DNA from: an archaeon
Lineage (GTDB): Archaea; Nanobdellota; Nanobdellia; Pacearchaeales; GW2011-AR1
Direction: 5' to 3'
DNA length: 64,000 bases
Assembly (NCBI GenBank): GCA_021107855.1
Contig: JAIORZ010000006.1
Coordinates: 32,480-96,479 of the forward strand
Part shown: piece after piece, positions 55,101 to 64,000 of the stretch
How positions within the stretch are numbered: position 1 is the stretch's first letter
How the letters are laid out: each line of letters starts with the position of its first letter
Made by a program: the position numbers and the translations under genes
The notes under the pieces: generated by a model
What the model was told of the DNA's origin: nothing
The model's database searches: none
The model's input: only the letters and a program-made list of their open reading frames with translations

Positions 55101-58100
55101 GTGTTATGATTCTCGTTTCGCTTGTGTTGACATTTTCTGCAGAATCCCAGACGGTCACGTTATAAAAATATTCGTCGTCTGAGAGGAGAGTCCAGTTAAT
55201 GTCTCTTTTTGAAGTTGAGAATGTGTAGGAATAAGCTTCTCCTTCCCCGTTAAAAAGTTTGAAGGTTATGTTCTCAAAATTTGTTTCGACTACTGAAGTG
55301 TTTAGATAAATATAATCCTGCGAGACATAAGTATTATTATTAAGGGTTAATGGTATGAAATCTATAGTTGGCAATGTCGTGTCTATTGTAATTGTGTAAT
55401 TTGTGGTATTGTATAAATTTCCTATTGTGTCTTCTGCTTGATAGAACCAAGTGTAAATTCCATCCAATAAGAATTCGTAGACTATGCCGACGGTCGCGCT
55501 TAAGACTCCGTTTAATGAAACTAATTGACTATAAACGAATCCTGTTTGATTATAAATGTATAAGATGACTTCTTTTAGTCCGTTATCGTCGCTGAAATTC
55601 CCTGTTAAATTTTGTGTTGCGTTATTTGTTATTGTGTTATCTGAAGGCGAAATTAGGTTTCCTCCTGGAGGAGTCGTGTCTAATAAAATTTCTCTTGTTG
55701 AACTTGAGCCGTTTCTATTCGCGGAATCGAAAACCGTAATATTATAATAATAGGTTCCGTCGTCTAATCCTGTAAAAGTGTAATTTCTTGTTGAGTCGTT
55801 GAACCATTGTGAGGAGACTAGTCCTGTTGAATTGTAGATATAGAATGTGATATTTTTGAAATTGTTTTCGATTATGCTGGAGTTTATGTAGATATAGCTT
55901 TGACTAACATTTGAATTATCTGGTAAAGTATTTGCGCCGAAATCTACAACTGGGTCTGTCACGTCGAACGTGATTGAATAATTTGAAACTGCCCACGTGT
56001 AGTAACCTAGGCTATCGTTACATTCTACATTCCAGATACTGGTTCCTTCTTCTGAAAGATTGAGTGTGAAATTGCCCGATGGTTTATTGCTGGCAGGGAC
56101 AAAAGTTATATTGATGTCATCTATTGACATATCGCTTCGATATCCTGAACCAGTTATACTTCTGAATCTTAATTTTATGTTTCCTTCATACTCTGAGAGA
56201 CTTCTTGAAATATAAATATAATCATTTGTCTGACCTGATTGGTTTTGTCCGACTTGGGACCAAATAGAATTCCATCCAGATGAGTCATTAATTTCTAAAT
56301 GGAGTGTCCCCATATCCGCTCCATACATATGGAACCAGAAGCTTACGTTGTAGTCGTTTGAATCTGCGTCGAGGTTTTCGCTTTCTACCACAGCTTCTGG
56401 GCTTCCTTGGTCAAATCCACAAGGTTGTCCAGATGTTGCTTCAATAAATATGAAATGGCCCGCTATGGTTCCTAGGGTATGGTCTTCTTCTGGACCTGTG
56501 CTTCCGGAAGGGGTTCCGTCATTATCTGCATTTCTTGACCAGTCGCAATCATCCCCTGTGCTTTGAGTCCAGTTATTCCAAGGACTGGCTGTTTCAAAAC
56601 TTTCATTTTCCCAGCCACTTTCTCCGATTACCCAATTATAATCTGTTTGATTTAAATGCCAAGTTCCGTTGAAATCTCCCCATAATGAACAACTTTGGGT
56701 TAAGTCTGGGTCTTCGGCGGTGTAATTGAAAAATACTTCTGTTGCGGCAGAATAAAACGTATCGTCTTCTGGAAGTAATAATTGGATTGCTGGACCTGTT
56801 GTAGAAACTAAGAATGTTACATTTTTGTAATTTAAATTTCCTAATGTGTCGTTTGCAAAGAAATGTAATGTATGTTGTCCGTCGCTGGTATTGAAAGTTT
56901 CTGAACCTGAACAAGATACTGTTGTGTTTGTCCCGTCGTCTAAATTATACCAGCAGGTATCTTCTCCTACTATGTTGTCATTTACATTATAGTCTAATGG
57001 TAGGCTAATATTGTATCCGTATGCTTTTGCTTTTGGATTAATAATTGCGATTGATGGACCTAGAAAATCTAGTCCAATTTTTCTAGTTTCTGTTTTATTA
57101 TAATTTTCGGCAGAATCATAAATTGAAACATTATACCAATATTCGTTGCTTGCTAAATTTGTGAAATTGATTTGTGTTATTTGGTTAGTGTAGGTTGTGC
57201 TGTTGACTTCTCCTGTTGAGTTGAATAAATAGAAAGTTATATTTTCGAAGTTGTTTTCAGTAACACTTGTGTTTACAAAAATCCAATTGTTTGTGTTATT
57301 TACTCCGTCATTTAATGTTAATGAAACAAATTCAATTAATGGGTTGGTGTTGTCTAGAATTATCGTTCTTGTCGTCGTGCTTCCGTCGTTTCCTGCTTTA
57401 TCGTACATTGTTGCATTATACCAATAATTCCCGTCTGGTAAACTTGTCCAGTTAAACTCTCTGGTTGTGTCTGTAAATGATTCTGTTGAGACTAGCCCTG
57501 TTGAGTTGTAAAGTGATAAACTAATATTTAAAAAATTGTCTTCGACTGAGCTTACTTTGAATTGCACCCAATCTCTTGCGAATGCCGTGTCGTTATCTTC
57601 TGTTGGAAACATATAAGATAATACTGGGTCGGTGTCATCTATTGTGATTGACCTTGTTGCTGTAGAATCGGATTTTCCAACTACGTCAAAAATTGTGACG
57701 TTATAATAGTAGAGTCCTTCGGATAACAGGTTCCAAGAAACGGTTCTACGTTTGTCGGTGAATGTGTTATTTGTAACAGGGGAATTTGTTTCGTTATATA
57801 GATAAAATGTAATGTTTTCTTCGTTGGCTTCTGTCACATTTACATAAACGGAAATTGTGTCTCCTGAAATGAACCCTTCATCTTCTTCGTTTTGAGATGA
57901 GAAATCTATAATTGGTGCTTGATTATCTAATGTTATGTTTCTTGTTTCGGTTGTATTTGAGTTTCCGGCTATGTCGTATGCTGTTACATTATAAAAATAT
58001 AATCCGTCGGAAAGTAATGTCCAGTTGATATCATGCGGGCCGAATGAATGACTGTATATTTGTCCTCCTGAATCATATAAATCGAATGTGACATTGTCTA

Positions 58101-61100
58101 AATTGTCTTCGACTACTGTTACATTTACATAAATGTTTTCCTGTTCTAGGATTTCCCCGCTGGGTTCGGTTCCAAATGTGTAGTTAATGAGTGGGAGGGT
58201 CAAATCTATGTTTAATGTGAAATTGCTCGTGTTATAAACATTGCCGACTGTATCCTCTACGCTGTAAAACCAATAATAAATTCCTTCGGATAAGAAATCA
58301 TAAATTAAGCCCACTGTTGCTGAAATTGCCCCACCCAATGCTTGGGATGCTGTGTAAATTAGATGACCTGTCTCGTTGAAGATATATAGAGTTGCGTTGA
58401 ATAGTCCAGTTGCATCGTTGAATGTTCCGGTTAGGTTTTGTGTTAAATTGTTTGTATATGAGTTGTCGGATGGGGATACTAAATTTCCCGTTGGTGCTGT
58501 TAAATCTAGATTGATGATTCTTGTTGTGGAGCTGCCATTACGATTGGCTTTGTCATATACTGTTATATTATATTTGTATACTCCGCTAGCTAAACTTGTG
58601 AAGTTGTATTCTCTTGTGTCGTCTGTGAACGATTGGCTCCATTCAAATGCTGTTGAGTTGTAAAGATAAAATGTTATATTCTTGAAATTGTTTTCTATCA
58701 CGTTCGCATCCATGAAGACCCAATTTCTTCCGACATCTGTATCGTTGTCTTCGGTTCCTCCTGCAAATAAAACTTGAGGGTCTGTTACGTCTACGGTGAA
58801 TGTGTAATTTTCTAAGGCGAAGGAATCGTAACCGATTGTGTCGTTGCATTCTACGTTCCATTTGTAACTTCCTTCTTCGGAGATTAAAACATCGAATGCT
58901 GTGAAATTTTGTTCGGCTCCAAAAATTATATTGGAATCATAATTTGCGATATGTTGATAAGATTGATTTATCCAGTTTGTGCTTCTGTTTGTTGAAGAGA
59001 TTCTTATTTCGTCCAATGTTCCAATAAAGTTATGAGCCAGATTGTCATCAAACACTGGATTTGCGTTTACAGATGCACCAATTCTGGCATTACCAGTTCC
59101 TGACAAACCATCACCCATTGTTATCGAGCTTATTAGTTCTCCATTAACGTAAAGGAATTGATCGTTTCCTGCACCTTTGTGACCACCGCAAACATAGTGC
59201 CATTGGTTATCTGCGTAACTAGCTGAAGTATTAATTGCATTGAAATTCCCGTTATAACATTCTGCATATCTAAATTCTCCTGCGGAAGTTACACCAAGCC
59301 CTGTACCGTCTGTTAACCCACCATCCTCTAATATTGTTCCCTGGTGTCCTGTTGAAAATTTTACCCATGCACAATATGTATGTGCTCCGTCTACGTTCCA
59401 CTCTGGGTTTGTTCCTAGATAATCTGAGCCATCGAAATAATCTGCTCCGCCAACAATACCTGGGGAGTCCATATTAGAGTCTGGGTCTATTCCATCTTCG
59501 GCATCGAAATTCCCGAGAGTGTCTAATGCTGTTCCGGATGTGTGGTCGAGATGGTAAACGCTTGTATATGATGAGCTCCAAACTGATGTTGCATTTTCGG
59601 CGTTTTCTGCGTTTGCATTTGCATAATACATACAAATTGTGTTTGCTCCTGTTGTTAGGCTTGGTATTTTTATCCAAACATTTGCGTTTGTTGCACTATA
59701 ATCTTCAATTTCATAATCTAATGAAGTTGAACCTTCTGAGAGGCATGTCCCTGAATAAAATAATAAATCTGAATAATCTCCTGTCTCTGTATGTGATGTT
59801 GATATGTTTAGATAGACCGGGAAATCTGTTAGTGTGGACGAGCCTGTATTTGAAATGTTTATATCTCTTCTATTTTCAAATCCAACATCGCTCCAGTTTC
59901 CGGTATATGTTTCATTGAGATGCCAACCTCCATTCCAGTCTCCGTATAAAGAACAGGCATCAACCCCATCTGGGTCTGTCGCTGCGAAACTAAAATTAAT
60001 ATTTGTTGCTTCTCCATAAAATGAGTCGTTGGATGGTGCAATTAATTCTATTGCTGGACCTGTAATTGAAATGAAGAATGTAACTGAATCTGAACCCATG
60101 TTTCCGAAAGTGTCGTTTGCGAAAAAGTAAATTGTGTGTGTGTCTACTGTTGTGTTGAATGTCGTTGCTGAGTTACAGGTAATGGATTGGTTTGCTCCTC
60201 CGTCTATATTCCACCAGCATGAATCTACGCTTGAAACTTGGTCTGATACTGTGTGCTCCAGGGGAAGGCTTTCGTTATACCCGTATGTTTTTGAGGTTGG
60301 TTTTGTAATTGTTACAATTGGACCTGCGCCATCTAGCCCTATTGAACGGGTTTCTGTCGAGTTTGTATTTCCTGCCCAATCGGTTACTGTGACGTTGTAA
60401 AGATAGTTTTCGTCTGGTAGACTTGTGAAATTAATTTCTCTTGTTGAATTTGTAAACGTCTGGCTGTCTACTAGCCCTCCTGAGTCGTATATGTCGAATT
60501 TTATTTCTTTAAAATTAGTTTCTGTTACGGAAGTATTGATGAATACCCAGTCTCGGTTTCTTATTGTCGCGTTATCTTCTGTTGGTGGGATAAACTCTAT
60601 GGTTGGGAAAGTAGTATCTAGTGTTATTGTTCTGGTGGAGGTTGTATCATTTTGGGATGCTTTGTCAAATATTGTTACGTTGTATTCGTAATTTCCGTCG
60701 GGCAATCCTGTAAAATTGTAAAAAGTTGTTTCCGGTGAATTGGTCTGGCTTTCTACTAGTCCTGACGTATTGTAAAGATTGAAAGTTATGTTGGATGGGT
60801 TTATTTCTGTGAAAGTTGTGTTAACGAAAATCCAGGTTTGGGATTTGTTTGCTGTATCATTTTCTGTTGGTGAGGCGAAATCTATGATTGGGTCTGTGTT
60901 GTCTATTGTTACTTTTCTGGTGTCTGTAGAGCCGGATAATGAAACTTTGTCAAAGACTGTTATATTATAATAATAAGTTCCTTCGGATAATAGGTCCCAA
61001 TTAATTGAACGACGAGAATCTGTATATGTTTTTGGGGCTCCTTCTGGGGATTTTGTTGCGCTGTATAAATAAAATGTGATATTTTCTTCGTTGGGTTCGG

Positions 61101-64000
61101 TAACGGTTACGTTCATGAAAATAGAGGTTCCTGTAAATACGCTGTTGTTTGCTGCTGAATTTGGTGCGAAAGAAACCGCTGGAGCAGTTGTATCTAAAAT
61201 TATTTGTCTTGTTGATGAATATCCTATGTTAGTTGCCAAGTCAACACTTGTTATATTGTAATAATAAACGTCGTCAGAAAGTAATGTCCAGTTAATTTCT
61301 CTGGTTGAGTCTGTGAATGTATTTGGTCCACGGATTTGGGAGCTTCCATTATATAAATTGAAAGTTACGTTGTTGAAATTCTTTTCGTAAATGCTGATAT
61401 TTACATAGACGAAATCCTGTAAAAGAACTGCTCCGTCGGTTTCGGTTGAGGGGATAAATGTGATTACTGGTTCGGTAGAATCTATTTCTATTGAGTTGGA
61501 TGTTGTGTTGTATTCGTTGTCGACTGAATCTCTGATTCTGTAGAACCATGTAAAAACGTCGTCGTATAGGAATGTGTAAACCTTGCCAATGGTTGCCTCT
61601 GTTAATCCTGCTAAATCTATTAAGAATGTGTAAACAACATGCCCTGTTGAATTTATGATGAATAACATTGCGTTTTTTAGTTCTACCGAGTCTGATACAT
61701 TTGCCGTGAAATTATGTGTTACGGAATTTGTAAAATGATTGTCTTCTGGAGAAATCAAAGTTCCACTTGGAAGTTCTGTGTCAATTTCTATTGACCGAGT
61801 TGATGAATTCCCCACTCTTCCTGCTTTATCGTAAACAGTTATATTGTAATAATAGGTTCCGTCGTTTAAGGATGAGAAAGTATGGTTTAATGTGCCGTCG
61901 GAATAGGTTCCGTTTTCAATGTTTATTCCGTTTTCGTATAAATTGAATGTTATATTATCTAGATTTGTTTCTGTTACATTCGCGTCGATGAAAATATAAT
62001 CTACTGCTACTCTGCTTGAATCGGGCAATGTCCCTGAGTCGAAATCTACAACTGGTGCTGTTAAGTCTATTCCAACCGAGTAGTTGTATAGGGCTGTTTC
62101 GTTTAATCCTAGTGTGTCGTTACATTTTACATTCCAATCGTAGTTTCCTTCTGTGGATAGATTGACTGTGAAATTTCCGTATTCTTTTGTTATTTTTGGG
62201 ATTAGTGTTATATTTGCTTCGTCGATGGAAATGTCGCTTGTATATGCTGTTCCGACTACGGCTCTTAGTCTCAGATTTATTTGACCGGAATATGAACCTA
62301 AGTTCACGACTGCTTCCTGCCAGTTGGCTCCTTCTGCGGATTGTTGTTGCCCCGAAAGATTCCATGTATTATTATGCCATCCGGTGCTGTCATTAACGTC
62401 CAAGGAAAGAGTTCCCATAGCTGCCCCATACATGTGATACCAGAATGATATTGTTATGTTGTATGTATCTGCGTCTAGAGAATCGCTTTCTATTGATGCC
62501 CAATGATTTCCTGTATCGTATTCACAATTTTGTCCGCTGGTTGCTTCGGTGAAAAGAAAGTCTGAGCTTCCGGAAGGACTTGGTCCGTAACCACCCGTTG
62601 GTCCGGTGCTTCCAGAAGGGGTGCTCGTGCTTCTCGTGTAGTCACATCCATTGGAATCTCCAACTAATGTCCAATTATCCCATGATGCTGATTCAAAATC
62701 TTCTAATTCTGAATTTTTGGTTCCGAAACTCCAGTTGTAATCTGTTTGATTTAGATGCCAGCCTCCATTCCAGGTTCCGTAGAGGGAACATGAACTGACC
62801 CCCTGGATATCTGTTGCTGAATAATTGAATAAGACTTCTGTTGTTGTTGGATAAATAGTATCGTTTTCTGGGTCTATTAAAGAAATTGCGGGACCGCCTG
62901 TTGAAATTAAAAATGTGACTGAATCCATCCCTACGTTTCCGAAACTGTCGTTTGCAAAATATTTTATTGTGCGCTGACCGTTTGATGTGTTGAAGGTTGT
63001 GGCTGTGTTGCATGTGATTGAATTGTTTGTTCCGTCGTCTATATTCCACCAGCATGAATCTAAGGAACTAATTGCATCTGTTGCGGTTGCGTTAAGGGGG
63101 AGATTTTTGTCTATTCCGTAAGCTTTTGGTTCTGGGTCTATAACATTTATGATTGGTCCTAATGTGTCTAACCCTATTGTTCTGGTTAAGCTAGTTCCCT
63201 TGTTTCCTGCTTTGTCGTAGACTGTTATATTATAATCGTACATTTCAGAAGCTAAACTATTGAATGTGTAATCTCTTGTTGAGTCTGTAAAACTTTGGGT
63301 GACTTCTCCGGATGACTCTGGGTATAAATGGAAAGTTATGTTTTGGAAGTTGATTTCTGTTATTGATGAGTTTATGAATACATAATCACAGCTGAAATTT
63401 TGATTGTCTGCCTCAGTTCCCTCTCCGAAAATAACAACTGGGTCAACATTATCTAAAGTTAGTTGTCTTGTTGGGCTAGATCCCATGTTCCCTGCTTTGT
63501 CCCAGGATGTTACGTTATAATAATAAACTGAATCTGTTAAACCTGGCCAGTTTATCGAGCGAACTGAATTGGCAAATGTTGTGTTGTCGATTAATCCTGA
63601 TGAATTGTATAAATGGAACGTTACGTTTACGAAGTTAGTTTCTGTGACTGTTACTTCTGCGAATATATAGTTACGGGGGAAATATGTATCGTCGTCTTCG
63701 GTTGAACCTGTATAAGTTACGACCGGTAATACATTATCTAAGGTTATGTTTCTCATGACACTTGTATTTGTGTTCCCGTAATCATCCCAGACGACTACCT
63801 CATAATAATATAATCCGTCGGAAAGTAATGTCCAGTTTAGGTAGTTTTGAGTATGGTCTAAAACAGATCTTTCGGGCTGCATTGATTCGTCGTATAAATA
63901 GAAAGAAATATTTTTGAAATTGTCTTCTATTACTGTTACGTTTATGAAAATATTGGTGCCTTTCTTTATTGTGCCGGCTGGCGAGGTTCCTGTTGTGTAT
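52093..64000 (-). CDS. giant (>3968 aa; N-terminus beyond the window end) secreted multidomain protein (adhesin-like). Tens of ~100-aa Ig-like repeats, two MAM domains, a LamG/ConA-like domain, recurring Cys-pair modules, C-terminal FN3 domain
   Basis: The frame stays open upstream of the first in-window Met through 63999 (...TNIFINVTVIEDNFKNISFYLYDESMQPERS...). Repeat signature NITFNLYNSSG...YYYNVTVFDKAGN. MAM: FWFHMYGADMGTLHLEI...GDMSIDDINIT and FWYHMYGAAMGTLSLDV...SIDEANIT. LamG: QWHYVCGGHKGAGNDQFLYVNGE...GTLDEIRIS. FN3: GSIILEWNES...RFYKVEAWN. Confidence 0.85.
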   Translation of the reverse strand, partial: YTTGTSPAGTIKKGTNIFINVTVIEDNFKNISFYLYDESMQPERSVLDHTQNYLNWTLLSDGLYYYEVVVWDDYGNTNTSVMRNITLDNVLPVVTYTGSTEDDDTYFPRNYIFAEVTVTETNFVNVTFHLYNSSGLIDNTTFANSVRSINWPGLTDSVYYYNVTSWDKAGNMGSSPTRQLTLDNVDPVVIFGEGTEADNQNFSCDYVFINSSITEINFQNITFHLYPESSGEVTQSFTDSTRDYTFNSLASEMYDYNITVYDKAGNKGTSLTRTIGLDTLGPIINVIDPEPKAYGIDKNLPLNATATDAISSLDSCWWNIDDGTNNSITCNTATTFNTSNGQRTIKYFANDSFGNVGMDSVTFLISTGGPAISLIDPENDTIYPTTTEVLFNYSATDIQGVSSCSLYGTWNGGWHLNQTDYNWSFGTKNSELEDFESASWDNWTLVGDSNGCDYTRSTSTPSGSTGPTGGYGPSPSGSSDFLFTEATSGQNCEYDTGNHWASIESDSLDADTYNITISFWYHMYGAAMGTLSLDVNDSTGWHNNTWNLSGQQQSAEGANWQEAVVNLGSYSGQINLRLRAVVGTAYTSDISIDEANITLIPKITKEYGNFTVNLSTEGNYDWNVKCNDTLGLNETALYNYSVGIDLTAPVVDFDSGTLPDSSRVAVDYIFIDANVTETNLDNITFNLYENGINIENGTYSDGTLNHTFSSLNDGTYYYNITVYDKAGRVGNSSTRSIEIDTELPSGTLISPEDNHFTNSVTHNFTANVSDSVELKNAMLFIINSTGHVVYTFLIDLAGLTEATIGKVYTFLYDDVFTWFYRIRDSVDNEYNTTSNSIEIDSTEPVITFIPSTETDGAVLLQDFVYVNISIYEKNFNNVTFNLYNGSSQIRGPNTFTDSTREINWTLLSDDVYYYNITSVDLATNIGYSSTRQIILDTTAPAVSFAPNSAANNSVFTGTSIFMNVTVTEPNEENITFYLYSATKSPEGAPKTYTDSRRSINWDLLSEGTYYYNITVFDKVSLSGSTDTRKVTIDNTDPIIDFASPTENDTANKSQTWIFVNTTFTEINPSNITFNLYNTSGLVESQTNSPETTFYNFTGLPDGNYEYNVTIFDKASQNDTTSTRTITLDTTFPTIEFIPPTEDNATIRNRDWVFINTSVTETNFKEIKFDIYDSGGLVDSQTFTNSTREINFTSLPDENYLYNVTVTDWAGNTNSTETRSIGLDGAGPIVTITKPTSKTYGYNESLPLEHTVSDQVSSVDSCWWNIDGGANQSITCNSATTFNTTVDTHTIYFFANDTFGNMGSDSVTFFISITGPAIELIAPSNDSFYGEATNINFSFAATDPDGVDACSLYGDWNGGWHLNETYTGNWSDVGFENRRDINISNTGSSTLTDFPVYLNISTSHTETGDYSDLLFYSGTCLSEGSTSLDYEIEDYSATNANVWIKIPSLTTGANTICMYYANANAENAENATSVWSSSYTSVYHLDHTSGTALDTLGNFDAEDGIDPDSNMDSPGIVGGADYFDGSDYLGTNPEWNVDGAHTYCAWVKFSTGHQGTILEDGGLTDGTGLGVTSAGEFRYAECYNGNFNAINTSASYADNQWHYVCGGHKGAGNDQFLYVNGELISSITMGDGLSGTGNARIGASVNANPVFDDNLAHNFIGTLDEIRISSTNRSTNWINQSYQHIANYDSNIIFGAEQNFTAFDVLISEEGSYKWNVECNDTIGYDSFALENYTFTVDVTDPQVLFAGGTEDNDTDVGRNWVFMDANVIENNFKNITFYLYNSTAFEWSQSFTDDTREYNFTSLASGVYKYNITVYDKANRNGSSTTRIINLDLTAPTGNLVSPSDNSYTNNLTQNLTGTFNDATGLFNATLYIFNETGHLIYTASQALGGAISATVGLIYDFLSEGIYYWFYSVEDTVGNVYNTSNFTLNIDLTLPLINYTFGTEPSGEILEQENIYVNVTVVEDNLDNVTFDLYDSGGQIYSHSFGPHDINWTLLSDGLYFYNVTAYDIAGNSNTTETRNITLDNQAPIIDFSSQNEEDEGFISGDTISVYVNVTEANEENITFYLYNETNSPVTNNTFTDKRRTVSWNLLSEGLYYYNVTIFDVVGKSDSTATRSITIDDTDPVLSYMFPTEDNDTAFARDWVQFKVSSVEDNFLNISLSLYNSTGLVSTESFTDTTREFNWTSLPDGNYWYNATMYDKAGNDGSTTTRTIILDNTNPLIEFVSLTLNDGVNNTNNWIFVNTSVTENNFENITFYLFNSTGEVNSTTYTNQITQINFTNLASNEYWYNVSIYDSAENYNKTETRKIGLDFLGPSIAIINPKAKAYGYNISLPLDYNVNDNIVGEDTCWYNLDDGTNTTVSCSGSETFNTSDGQHTLHFFANDTLGNLNYKNVTFLVSTTGPAIQLLLPEDDTFYSAATEVFFNYTAEDPDLTQSCSLWGDFNGTWHLNQTDYNWVIGESGWENESFETASPWNNWTQSTGDDCDWSRNADNDGTPSGSTGPEEDHTLGTIAGHFIFIEATSGQPCGFDQGSPEAVVESENLDADSNDYNVSFWFHMYGADMGTLHLEINDSSGWNSIWSQVGQNQSGQTNDYIYISRSLSEYEGNIKLRFRSITGSGYRSDMSIDDINITFVPASNKPSGNFTLNLSEEGTSIWNVECNDSLGYYTWAVSNYSITFDVTDPVVDFGANTLPDNSNVSQSYIYINSSIIENNFKNITFYIYNSTGLVSSQWFNDSTRNYTFTGLDDGTYYYNITVFDSANRNGSSSTREILLDTTPPGGNLISPSDNTITNNATQNLTGNFSDDNGLKEVILYIYNQTGFVYSQLVSLNGVLSATVGIVYEFLLDGIYTWFYQAEDTIGNLYNTTNYTITIDTTLPTIDFIPLTLNNNTYVSQDYIYLNTSVVETNFENITFKLFNGEGEAYSYTFSTSKRDINWTLLSDDEYFYNVTVWDSAENVNTSETRIITLDNIAPTISYSTGTEIDTANVSQNFVFVNTTITEINFANITFNLYDGGGLINSTTYNTSIKNINWTGLFDDEYFYNVTIFDKAGLTNSLPTRKITLDKTAPLVDFAGSTAPSGSQFERDWIYVDSNVVEANFKNMSYRLYDNDSQIINETTFYSVVNDINFTASGENNTYYYDIIVWDYANNFGVTSTRNITLIDITSPTLVLTSPENITYPYNNGIRLEYDVYDVHLDTCWYSLDGAANTTLPNCQSISMNFVDETGHTINLYVNDTMGYMNSSNVTFFVNSSLIETPTYKVLSGSTFVDGNATETIEITDMSKSFILHTSRASDNGPDTLQIISKFSKSNEVTFSNYNTGAGAIVDWNLISGPDIEVQRGEISFSYEANLSLNIGQVNLSNSFVVVYSKLSSGNSADNVEGFFTGEFIDDSNVVFRRDNGTSSGVLSWQVVSWDNTDVQSGNTIITDGNSDSGAVSISAVNLNESFIIFSDNLIGDDSVEDSFIKGNFSDSSNLIFNRRGTSGNASINYFVITSDLFNSQREDYNHLISSSEQIINLQHNLINTERSFNIHSNDNDGATTTYANAFVTQAIKNTTSLSLQKGVGSSAGTTSWFAVEIKDLNSPTINLTSPIDNYNYTSHTVGPFNFTIDDESNMTNCSLYGTWNGGWHLNQTIYSVNAEVENNFSMVDVGTSNYYNWSVICFDIYGNNDSSTNYTFSSFLPPSMPEFMNITQSANNGTGSIILEWNESLEVVKYKVYSSPNVTDFTLMNETTELNYTDDTFSGNKRRFYKVEAWNPSGTNISDYTFGAHVYGLKHNTSAVHSIKNRNWIAFPTNFTYLKNANDTLNEIIGAVAVSQLNKSSQKQVTCNTFSCPETISCTDTACNFELVAGAGYEISLNVSESSQVNWSGVGVVYDPIQIPLVYDETGTRMNKNWISMTAGTTMTNAQELTASLLGEDAVTRWDPEFQISQGYLGEVCFWFGCIPLGTNFNITMEEGYEISVTQDSAWTQQ

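Noticed and set aside
52093-64000. Periodic short plus-strand ORFs inside the second giant gene (e.g. 55556-55747, 58376-58663, 60779-60970, 61076-61261), and the ~300-nt periodicity itself as a possible CRISPR-like array
   Set aside because: The periodicity comes from ~100-aa protein domain repeats inside one continuous ORF. The repeats are long, divergent and coding, with no short identical repeat/spacer structure, so this is not a CRISPR. The small ORFs are antisense artefacts of the repeats.

Overview
AT-rich archaeal segment. The ribosomal-protein and RNA-polymerase genes are archaeal-type, and the gene content is consistent with a small-genome (possibly DPANN-like) archaeon, but taxonomy cannot be confirmed from this window. 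The left ~14.5 kb is mostly housekeeping. It holds a stand-alone 5S rRNA with a TATA-like promoter, rpoN, a MacB-type ABC transporter (one ATPase, two FtsX permeases), and the conserved block L21e-RpoF-DUF655-S13-S4-S11-RpoD-L18e-L13-S9. This part carries mobile-element scars: a serine-recombinase 3' end at the window edge, an HNH gene, a recombinase-domain remnant abutting rps9, and a duplicated ~50-bp leader upstream of two adjacent genes. From ~14.5 kb to the window end there is a ~50-kb accessory cell-surface island. It contains two giant secreted/surface proteins (3668 aa, and >3968 aa truncated by the window end). Both are built from tandem Ig-like repeats plus MAM-like, ConA/LamG-like, CARDB, FN3 and Cys-pair modules, and are extremely rich in N-glycosylation sequons. 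The island also has two multi-copy families of small secreted proteins, small RHH, AbrB-like and wHTH regulators, a MinD/ParA ATPase, an S2P-like membrane metalloprotease and a SpoIIM-like membrane protein. The most striking element is a 1214-aa membrane-anchored HerA/FtsK-superfamily ATPase. Its extracellular N-terminal domain is homologous to the 4-copy secreted family, and it is co-operonic with coiled-coil proteins and two family members. This is a candidate undescribed surface assembly or translocation system.
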